Assembly: GCA_031549365.1 (NCBI GenBank)
Contig: JAVBPX010000005.1
Location: 1 to 64,000, forward strand
Source: Alphaproteobacteria bacterium
GTDB lineage: Bacteria > Pseudomonadota > Alphaproteobacteria > Rs-D84
DNA length: 64,000 nucleotides
Reading direction: 5' to 3'
Positions within the stretch are counted from its first letter, which is position 1, and each line of letters starts with the position of its first letter. The position numbers were made by a program, and so were the translations under genes. Below the pieces are notes generated by a model. That model ran no database searches and was not told the origin of the DNA. It worked only from the letters and a program-made list of their open reading frames with translations. Of this stretch, positions 31,326 to 39,427 are shown one piece after another.

Positions 31326-31500
31326 GCCGTGCAATTATAAATATCTTGAAATTTCGATAAAATTCTTTATTATGTCGGTACATTGCCCGGATGGTGAGGC
31401 ATAAAATGAATGTTAATAATATTCATTTTTGCGTAATAGAAACAACAAATTTTTAATTTGCATGTTTCGTTGCGAACCTTTTGGACAAAAAAGTAAATCG

Positions 31501-31587
31501 GCCCGGATGGCGGAATTGGTAGACGCGCTAGTTTCAGGTACTAGTGAACGCAAGTTCATGGAGGTTCGAGTCCTCTTTCGGGCACCA
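31501..31587 (+). tRNA. trnL: tRNA-Leu (CAG)
   Basis: 87 nt, long variable arm, anticodon loop TTCAGGT, CCA end, terminator at 31597-31620. Confidence 0.96.
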
Positions 31588-31627
31588 TCAATAGTAAAAA
31601 CCGGCAATCTGCCGGTTTTTTATTTAC

Positions 31628-32170
31628 TTATTTTTTAGCAATATCCGAACGCATTTTTATAATTTTGTCCGGATTTGTTACAGTGCCGCTGCCGGGTGCG
31701 CCACGTTTGATTTTATCAACGTATTCCATGCCGGATGTAACATTACCCCAAACGGTATATTGCCCATCCAAAAATATTGCATCATCAAAACAGATGAAAA
31801 ATTGGCTGTCCCCGCTGTTTACATCGTTTGAACGCGCCATTGAAACAGTTCCGCGGACGTGTGGTTCGCGTGAAAATTCGGCCTTTAACTTTTTTCCGGA
31901 TCCGCCCATGCCGGTTCCCGTTGGATCACCGGTTTGGGCCATAAATCCATCAATCACACGGTGAAAAACAATGCCATCATAAAATCCAGAATCCGCCAAT
32001 TCAACAATACGTTTTACGTGTTCCGGTGCCAAATCCGGGCGTAATTTAATTTCAACAGTTCCGTCTTTTAATTCCAGGTATAACATTTTTGCCTCCGTCG
32101 TTTTTGCAAATGCATTTGTTGATATAAATATTGCGACAATTAATGCCAATATGTATTTTAAATATTTCAT
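31628..32170 (-). CDS. ppiA: Periplasmic cyclophilin-type peptidyl-prolyl isomerase
   Basis: FYDGIVFHRVIDGFMAQTGDP, SQFFI, signal peptide. Confidence 0.93.
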   Translation of the reverse strand: MKYLKYILALIVAIFISTNAFAKTTEAKMLYLELKDGTVEIKLRPDLAPEHVKRIVELADSGFYDGIVFHRVIDGFMAQTGDPTGTGMGGSGKKLKAEFSREPHVRGTVSMARSNDVNSGDSQFFICFDDAIFLDGQYTVWGNVTSGMEYVDKIKRGAPGSGTVTNPDKIIKMRSDIAKK

Positions 32171-32246
32171 TTTATCCCCCCGTTTAATCCATGCCAACAC
32201 TGTACAATTATTTATATAATTGGTCAATTAAATTAATAATACATTT

Positions 32247-32290
32247 ATGTTAATTCCAGAATAATTAAAAATTATTTCCGGAATTAACAA
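32247..32290 (+). repeat. 44-bp palindromic repeat, copy 8
   Basis: ATGTTAATTCC-AG-AATAATT-AAA-AATTATT-TCC-GGAATTAACAA. Confidence 0.9.
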
Positions 32291-32398
32291 TATAAAAAAC
32301 AGATAAAAATACAAATTAAATATGTCACAACCATTAAAAAACCGGCCAAATGACCGGTTATCCCTCAGGGTCAAAACCCCATGGCAATCATTGCAATA

Positions 32399-33100
32399 CT
32401 ACAATGTATTCAAATATTCGCGATAACGTTGGTCGCATATTTGTTTAATTTTTTCTTGGCCACGTTCGTTTAAATGAATTCCATCCACACACATATAGTC
32501 GCTATATTTTGGAATCGCCAATAATGTTTCACGAACAGGCACAGTCGCCAAATTATATGACGCTGCAATATTTTCCAACGCGCTTGCATACAATTCTTGG
32601 TGACGATAAATTCGACTCTTGTCCCCCAAAAATTCCATTAAGCGTGCGGCGCGTCCATGATCAGCGCCAACAATCCAATTAAAATAACGATCCGAATCAA
32701 TTGGTGGCAAAGTCATAATAACCGGGCGCTTTCCTGAATTTAAAACACGTTCGATTATTTCACGTACGTTTTTCTTGAATTCCGCATATGGTGTGTTTGG
32801 CAAATGTTCCGCGTAAGGTTTTTCACAAACTGCATCCCAATTATAATCACAATCATTTCCGCCCAATTCCAATAATACTATGTCCGATTCATCTTCCAAT
32901 ACGCGGGGCAATTTTTCCATCGCTTTGGCGGTTGTGCATCCGAATGCAGCCTGATTATTGATTTCGACTTGATTGCTGCTGCCGAATAAATTTGCAGCAC
33001 TATCCTTTAAAAAACGGTATTTGCCAATCAATTCGTCAAATATAACGCCTTTTAAAATGGAATCCCCAATGATTCCTATTTTCTTTCTGATGTTTTCCAT
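32399..33100 (-). CDS. SGNH/GDSL hydrolase
   Basis: GDSI block I, GGND block III, DGIH block V. Confidence 0.92.
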   Translation of the reverse strand: MENIRKKIGIIGDSILKGVIFDELIGKYRFLKDSAANLFGSSNQVEINNQAAFGCTTAKAMEKLPRVLEDESDIVLLELGGNDCDYNWDAVCEKPYAEHLPNTPYAEFKKNVREIIERVLNSGKRPVIMTLPPIDSDRYFNWIVGADHGRAARLMEFLGDKSRIYRHQELYASALENIAASYNLATVPVRETLLAIPKYSDYMCVDGIHLNERGQEKIKQICDQRYREYLNTL

Positions 33101-33233
33101 ATTTTCCCCTATGGTTTTGGTCAACGGTATATTATATAACCCAAAATACCAATAAAACAAGTTTGTTTTTAAATTCCGCTTTGCTTTTTATTTGGCTTTT
33201 GTAATAATCATCCGGCAACAAATGGAAAATGAT

Positions 33234-34121
33234 ATGAATTTCGATGAAATAATTTTAAAATTAAAACCACAAAATCCGAAAAAAATCGCCGTGGTGGCCG
33301 CACACGATGACACAGTATTGAATGCGATTAACAATGGATATAAATTGGGATTTATCACACCAATTTTGTGCGGAAATGCGGAAAAAATCGTGAAAATCGC
33401 GGACGCCCAAAATATCGATATTTCAAATTTTGAAATTATAAATTGTGAAAATGATTCTGAATGCGCAAATATCGCCGTTGAATTAATTCGAAACAAACGC
33501 GCCGATATTTTAATGAAAGGATTAATCCCAACCGCCGATCTGTTACGCGCTGTATTAAATCGCGAAACCGGGATACGAGGAAATGGAATTTTATCGCATG
33601 TATCTGTTTTACAATCACCGTTACGCGATAAACCAATTTTTATGACAGACGTTGCAATGGTTACATATCCTGATTTATCAACCAAGGTCGAATTAATAAA
33701 CAATGCTGTTAAATTTGCCCGCGCAATGGGGCTTGAAACACCATTGGTGGCGGCATTGGCCGCGGTCGAGGTTGTAAACCCAAATATGCCAGCAACAATT
33801 GAAGCAAACGAATTAAAACAAATGAATAAACTAGGCGAAATTAAAAACTGTATCGTTGATGGCCCATTGGCGTTTGATTTGGCCGTATCGTCGGACGCAG
33901 CGGAACACAAGGGCTATAAATCAGATGTTGCCGGAAATGCCGACGTATTATTATTTCATAATATCGAGGCCGGAAATTCAACGTTAAAGGCCATGACCCA
34001 TTTCGGAGGGTGTTTATTTGGCGGTATCGTAATGGGTGCTTTGGCCCCAATCGTATTGAATTCACGATCTGATTCCGAACAATCAAAATTGTATTCGATT
34101 GCCTGTGCCTGTTCCCTGTAA
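33234..34121 (+). CDS. ptb: Phosphate butyryltransferase / phosphate acyltransferase
   Basis: ADILMKG, DGPLAFDLA, IEAGN...K, PIVLNSRSDS. Confidence 0.88.
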   Translation: MNFDEIILKLKPQNPKKIAVVAAHDDTVLNAINNGYKLGFITPILCGNAEKIVKIADAQNIDISNFEIINCENDSECANIAVELIRNKRADILMKGLIPTADLLRAVLNRETGIRGNGILSHVSVLQSPLRDKPIFMTDVAMVTYPDLSTKVELINNAVKFARAMGLETPLVAALAAVEVVNPNMPATIEANELKQMNKLGEIKNCIVDGPLAFDLAVSSDAAEHKGYKSDVAGNADVLLFHNIEAGNSTLKAMTHFGGCLFGGIVMGALAPIVLNSRSDSEQSKLYSIACACSL

Positions 34122-34228
34122 ATTTATGCAATTTATACGCGAAAAATATCTTTTTGAGGAAACCGTGGAAAACGCATAAAAAGTGTGATATAATCAGCAC
34201 GATATTCAAAAAATATGGGGTATTTATT

Positions 34229-34807
34229 ATGGCCGCAAAACCAGTACAAAAATTAACTTTCAAAAAGGATCAATTCGTCGTGTATCCAACACACGGGGTT
34301 GGTAAAATATTAAAGATAGAAGAGCAAAACATTGCCGGGCAAAAGGTTGAATTGATTGTAATTGAATTCGAAAAAAACCGCATGATTCTGCGCGTCCCCG
34401 TGGAAAAGGCCGAAGTAGCGGGACTGCGCCCATTGGTTACCGCCAAAAATATGGACGAAGCAATTCAATCCGCCAAAAAATCGGCATCTGCCAAACGCGT
34501 AATTTGGTCCCGACGCGCCCAACAATACGAAGAAAAAATCAATTCGGGCAACCCAATGGAATTGGCCGATGTGATTCGCGATTTACAAAGACGCGATTCG
34601 ACCGATATACAAACTTTTTCTGGTCGTCAAATTTATATGCGTGCCCTGGAACGCATGGCCCAAGAATTTGCAGCAATTCATAAAATCCCGGTTGATGACG
34701 CCGAAGAAAAGATTGAAAAAATATTGGGCGTGCCCAAGGAAATCGATCTGGACGCCGTTGGATTGGATGACGAAGATGGTATTGATTCCAGCGCGGACGA
34801 GGAATAA
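34229..34807 (+). CDS. carD: CarD/CdnL RNA polymerase-binding regulator
   Basis: VVYPTHGVG and WSRRAQQYEEKINSG. Confidence 0.93.
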   Translation: MAAKPVQKLTFKKDQFVVYPTHGVGKILKIEEQNIAGQKVELIVIEFEKNRMILRVPVEKAEVAGLRPLVTAKNMDEAIQSAKKSASAKRVIWSRRAQQYEEKINSGNPMELADVIRDLQRRDSTDIQTFSGRQIYMRALERMAQEFAAIHKIPVDDAEEKIEKILGVPKEIDLDAVGLDDEDGIDSSADEE

Positions 34808-34898
34808 TTGATTCTTTTTGTGTGATCGTTATAGCAAATCATTAATTTTTTCTGGATTTTTTGAAAAATATCGCCAAAATATGCGTATTCGTTAACAT

Positions 34899-34973
34899 GT
34901 CCCCATCGTCTAGGGGTTAGGACGCCAGATTCTCATTCTGGAAACACGGGTTCAATTCCCGTTGGGGATGCCA
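34899..34973 (+). tRNA. trnE: tRNA-Glu (CTC)
   Basis: 75-nt cloverleaf, CCAGA-TTCTCAT-TCTGG anticodon arm, CCA end. Confidence 0.93.
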
Positions 34974-35120
34974 ATTATTTTAAACATGCCCGAAATGGGC
35001 ATTTTAAAATAAATTATATCCAACCCGGGAAACAACGCACCCACCATCTGGCGACACTGCGTTTGCCAGAATGGATGTGCTATTTCGAACTATATGATTG
35101 TTAATCATATAGTTACTACA

Positions 35121-35134
35121 CGTTGGGGATGCCA
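35121..35134 (+). repeat. 14-bp direct repeat of the tRNA-Glu 3' end
   Basis: CGTTGGGGATGCCA is identical to 34960-34973. Confidence 0.9.
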
Positions 35135-35136
35135 CT

Positions 35137-35261
35137 AAATTTATCTAAATTCATTATCTAAACACATTTCTCATTTTTTGCGCGGGTCACGTACCGCGTG
35201 TACGCTCCGCCGCGTCAAAAAATTTCGGAAATGCGCTTATCTAATAAATTTTTATAAATTT
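35137..35261 (+). mobile_element. ~125-bp imperfect palindrome, ERIC/RPE-like MITE candidate, copy 1
   Basis: ~45-nt inverted arms around the core GGTCACGTAC-CGCGT-GTACGCTCC. Confidence 0.65.
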
Positions 35262-35410
35262 AAGTTGATTAGCTCTAAAAAACCAATATAAAATTAAAAC
35301 TATCCAACCCGGGAAAACAACAAAGTATATAACTTTTCTTTCTGCTTGAAAAAAAATCATGTTATCTATTATAATGCCGGGACTTATTAATCAAGCAAAG
35401 GAGCAGTCCC

Positions 35411-36649
35411 ATGAAAATTAAACCTTTCGCCGCTGTGCGACCACCACGTGAATTGGCATCCGAAGTGGCATCTCGTCCATACGATGTTTTAAATTCAGCC
35501 GAGGCCCAGGCCGAAGCAGGTGAAAAATCATTATTACACATCATCAAACCGGAAATTGATTTTAACCCAATTATTGATGAACATTCCCAGGCCGCGTACG
35601 ACAAAGCAGTTGAAAACTTTCATCTGTGGCAAGATCGCAAATGGCTGGTCCAAGACAACAAAGAAATGTATTATATTTATGCCCAAACAATGGATGGTCG
35701 CACACAATACGGCTTGGTTGCTGCTGCAAATGTTGCAGATTATTTGGATGGAAAAATTAAAAAACACGAATTAACACGCAAAGACAAAGAAGAAGATCGC
35801 ATGATCCATGTTCGTATCCAAGACGCGAATATTGAACCTGTATTCTTTGCATATCCAGATGTAAGCGAGATGAATGAATTGGTTGAAAATGTTGTTAAAT
35901 CAAAATCTCCTGAATATGATTTTGTGGCCGAAGACGGCTTTGGGCACCATTTTTGGGTAATTGACGACCAAGCAACAAATGAACGTATTACTGAAATTTT
36001 CGAAAAAATTCCAGCATTATATGTTGCCGACGGACATCACCGCACAGCGGCGGCGGCATTGGTTGGTCAGGAAAAAGCCAAAAACAATCCAAACCATAAT
36101 GGAACGGAAGAATACAATTTTTTCCTGGCTGTTATATTCCCAGAATCACATTTGAAAGTAATTGATTACAATCGCTTGGTCAAAGATTTGAATGGAATGA
36201 CTGCTGAACAATTCATCGAAAAATTGAATGAATCATTTGATGTTTCCGAAATTGGATCTGAAATTTATACACCAAATAAATTGCATAATTTTTCAATGTA
36301 TATTGATTCTAAATGGTATTCATTGACTGCAAAATCTGGCACATACAACGACAATGACCCATTGGGGGTATTGGACGTTACCGTTTTGTCTAATTTAGTA
36401 TTTGATAAAATTTTGGATTTGGGCGATTTGCGTACATCAAAACGAATTGATTTCGTTGGTGGGATTCGTGGATTGGGCGAATTAAAACGTCGCGTTGATT
36501 CCGGTGAAATGGCCGCTGCTTTTGCATTGTATCCAGTATCAATGAAACAAATTATTGATATCGCGGATACAGGCAATATTATGCCGCCAAAAACCACATG
36601 GTTTGAACCAAAATTGCGTTCGGGTTTGGCAATTCATAAATTGAAATAA
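35411..36649 (+). CDS. DUF1015-family protein
   Basis: PYDV, IKKHELTR, YVADGHHRTAAA, MPPKTTWFEPKLRSGL. Confidence 0.92.
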   Translation: MKIKPFAAVRPPRELASEVASRPYDVLNSAEAQAEAGEKSLLHIIKPEIDFNPIIDEHSQAAYDKAVENFHLWQDRKWLVQDNKEMYYIYAQTMDGRTQYGLVAAANVADYLDGKIKKHELTRKDKEEDRMIHVRIQDANIEPVFFAYPDVSEMNELVENVVKSKSPEYDFVAEDGFGHHFWVIDDQATNERITEIFEKIPALYVADGHHRTAAAALVGQEKAKNNPNHNGTEEYNFFLAVIFPESHLKVIDYNRLVKDLNGMTAEQFIEKLNESFDVSEIGSEIYTPNKLHNFSMYIDSKWYSLTAKSGTYNDNDPLGVLDVTVLSNLVFDKILDLGDLRTSKRIDFVGGIRGLGELKRRVDSGEMAAAFALYPVSMKQIIDIADTGNIMPPKTTWFEPKLRSGLAIHKLK

Positions 36650-36702
36650 TCCGCACACAAACCACATAAAACCCTGGTATTTACCGGGGTTTTGTTTATT
36701 TC

Positions 36703-36731
36703 TTGACTTTTTGATATTTCCAACGTATATT
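36703..36731 (+). promoter_or_regulatory. Sigma70 promoter of the valS leader transcript
   Basis: TTGACT-17 bp-TATATT just after the DUF1015 terminator (about 36668-36693). Confidence 0.7.
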
Positions 36732-36737
36732 GTACTT

Positions 36738-36800
36738 ATGACATATTTAAATCATTCTTTATCAAAATTATTTGTCGCATTTGCTGTCGTCGTGCGCTGA
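36738..36800 (+). CDS. Putative Val-rich leader peptide of valS (20 aa)
   Basis: MTYLNHSLSKLFVAFAVVVR*: 4 Val in the last 8 codons, 75 nt upstream of valS. Confidence 0.7.
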   Translation: MTYLNHSLSKLFVAFAVVVR

Positions 36801-36875
36801 CGCGCATATACTATATTCCAATTGATTTTTTAACACACAAACTTTACAATATCCCATTAATCAAAGGATAAAACT

Positions 36876-39296
36876 ATGGATATTAATAATTTACAATCAA
36901 AACCTTTTTCTGAACTAGAAAATGGAATTTTGGATTTTTGGGCCGATAATGATTTTTATTCTGCAAATCCAAAATCAGACAAAAAACCATTTTGCATTAT
37001 GATGCCTCCGCCAAACATCACAGGATCATTACATGCAGGGCACGCATTAAACAATGGATTAATTGATTTTATTGTTCGATACAAACGAATGGATGGATTT
37101 GATGTATTATGGCAACCAGGGACGGATCACGCATCAATCGCAACCCAAATGATGGTTGAACGCGACTTATCGAAACGCGGAATTAACCCGAAATCTTTGA
37201 CGAACGACGAATTATTAAATCATGCCTGGGAATGGAAAGAAAAATACGGAAACACAATTGTATCGCAATTAAAACGTTTGGGTTATTCCGCTGATTGGAA
37301 ACGTGAACGCTTTACGATGGATCCTGAATTATCATCTGCTGTTCAAAAAGTATTTATTAAATTATACAATGACGGATTAATTTATCGCGACACACGATTG
37401 GTAAATTGGTGCCCAAAACAAAAGACTGCCGTTTCTGATTTGGAAGTAATTTCCCGCGAAGAAAAAGGTAAATTTTATTACATTAAATATCCTTTGGTTG
37501 ACGGAGGGTTTATTGAATTGGCAACAACGCGTCCGGAAACTTTGTTTGGGGACACTGCAATTGCTGTTCATCCAGAATCCCAAAAATACGGGCATTTAAT
37601 TGGAAAAATGGCAATGATCCCCTTAACAGATCGCATCATTCCAATTATTGGCGATGAACATGCAGATCCGGACAAGGGAACTGGCGCTGTTAAAATTACA
37701 CCAGCACATGATTTTAATGATTTTGAAGTTGGACGTCGCCATAATTTGCCAATGATTAATATTTTGACTGCGGACGCTAAATTAAATGAAAATGTTCCGG
37801 AAAAATATCGTGGGATGGATCGCTTTGATGCACGAAAATCGGTTGTTTCAGATTTATCGGAATCCGGCTTATTAATTAAAACAGATGATCATTTAATGCA
37901 AGTTCCATATTCCGAACGCGGCGATGTTGTTATTGAACCGTATATGACTGAACAATGGTATGTTCGTGCAGAAACATTGGCTAAACGTGCAATTGACGTT
38001 GCTGAAAATGGGGAAATATCATTTTTACCCGCACATCGTAAAAATTTATATATGGCATGGATGTCTGATATTCGTCCATGGTGTATTTCGCGCCAATTAT
38101 GGTGGGGGCATAAAATACCCGCTTGGTATGACGAAGCTGGCAATATTTATGTTGCAGAAAATGAATCGGATGCAGTAAAACAATCCGGCGGCAAAAAGTT
38201 GATCCAAGATAACGACGTTCTGGACACTTGGTTTTCATCGGCATTATGGCCATTTGCAACATTGGGCTGGCCGCGTGACACCGCAGAATTAATGCGTTAT
38301 TATCCAACCGATATTTTAATTACTGCTCCGGATATTATATTTTTCTGGGTTGCGCGGATGGTTATGATGGGATGTTATATTATGAATGATATTCCCTTTA
38401 AAACTGCATATTTCCACGGCTTGGTACGCGATGCTTCCGGTCAAAAATTTTCAAAGACCAAGGGCAATGGTGTTGACCCAATTGATGTTGTAAATAAATA
38501 TGGGGCGGATGCGATGCGTTATTGGATTTCGACTGCACCAATTGGAACAGATTTACGATACAACGAAGAAGATGTTAAAAAAGGCTCCAAATTCATAAAC
38601 AAATTATGGAATGTTACAAAATTTGTATTGATGAATTTATCCGACTTTGATCCAAAAACTGCGACCGAAATTAATGTATCCGATCGTAATTTAATGGATC
38701 GTTGGGCGTTATCTGAAATGAACCAAACAATCCGTGATGTTCGCAAACATTTGGATTCGTATGATACATTTAATGCACGCGAATCCATGGATAAATTTTT
38801 CTGGCAAATATTTTGCGATCAATACACAGAATACGTAAAAGAAAGATTTTGGCAGGTTGAACGTTTTGGGAATGAATCAAAATTGTCTGCGCAATGGACA
38901 TTGTTTGAAATATTGCAAAACATAATAAAAATGTATGCAATATTTATTCCATTTGTAACCGAAGAAATTTATCAAAAAACATTTGCTGAATTTGATGATT
39001 CGAAATCAATTCATATATCCGCGTACCCCGCGGAATCTATGGATTTGGATACAAATGTTGATGATATGAAAATTGCATTATCAATACTTAAAGCTGTGCG
39101 TCAATTACGTACAGAAAAACAGATTGGCGCAACAGCAAAATTAAAATCAATTACGATTGATGGAAAAATTCCAGAATCATTGAATGATATTATTTTAATG
39201 GCCGCACGATCGAATGAAATTATTTTTGGAAATGCTTCAACATCTGTTGAAAATATTGATTTAAAAATTGATATAGTTCCATCGGAAGTAAAATAA
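36876..39296 (+). CDS. valS: Valine-tRNA ligase, short form
   Basis: PPPNITGSLHAGH, ATTRPET, WCISRQLWWGH, DVLDTWFSS; KMSKS appears as KFSKT. Confidence 0.96.
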   Translation: MDINNLQSKPFSELENGILDFWADNDFYSANPKSDKKPFCIMMPPPNITGSLHAGHALNNGLIDFIVRYKRMDGFDVLWQPGTDHASIATQMMVERDLSKRGINPKSLTNDELLNHAWEWKEKYGNTIVSQLKRLGYSADWKRERFTMDPELSSAVQKVFIKLYNDGLIYRDTRLVNWCPKQKTAVSDLEVISREEKGKFYYIKYPLVDGGFIELATTRPETLFGDTAIAVHPESQKYGHLIGKMAMIPLTDRIIPIIGDEHADPDKGTGAVKITPAHDFNDFEVGRRHNLPMINILTADAKLNENVPEKYRGMDRFDARKSVVSDLSESGLLIKTDDHLMQVPYSERGDVVIEPYMTEQWYVRAETLAKRAIDVAENGEISFLPAHRKNLYMAWMSDIRPWCISRQLWWGHKIPAWYDEAGNIYVAENESDAVKQSGGKKLIQDNDVLDTWFSSALWPFATLGWPRDTAELMRYYPTDILITAPDIIFFWVARMVMMGCYIMNDIPFKTAYFHGLVRDASGQKFSKTKGNGVDPIDVVNKYGADAMRYWISTAPIGTDLRYNEEDVKKGSKFINKLWNVTKFVLMNLSDFDPKTATEINVSDRNLMDRWALSEMNQTIRDVRKHLDSYDTFNARESMDKFFWQIFCDQYTEYVKERFWQVERFGNESKLSAQWTLFEILQNIIKMYAIFIPFVTEEIYQKTFAEFDDSKSIHISAYPAESMDLDTNVDDMKIALSILKAVRQLRTEKQIGATAKLKSITIDGKIPESLNDIILMAARSNEIIFGNASTSVENIDLKIDIVPSEVK

Positions 39297-39313
39297 TTAA
39301 TAACAACCCTCAA

Positions 39314-39348
39314 TAAAAAACCGACTATTTACTAATAGTCGGTTTTTT
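39314..39348. terminator. Bidirectional terminator between valS and pyk
   Basis: AAAAAACCGACTATT-TACT-AATAGTCGGTTTTTT. Confidence 0.85.
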
Positions 39349-39427
39349 ATTTTTTATCTAAATTGACTCTGATTTCATTGCCGCAAGTTTGACATTTTAT
39401 CCAATGTTGTCAATCATGACTTTTGCC

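Noticed and set aside
16673-32290. 44-bp GTT...AAC repeats as a CRISPR array or integron attC array
   Set aside because: The copies are dispersed by 0.3-6 kb with core genes between them and there are no cas genes. The end order (GTT first, AAC last) is opposite to attC, and the nearby recombinase has XerD rather than IntI features.
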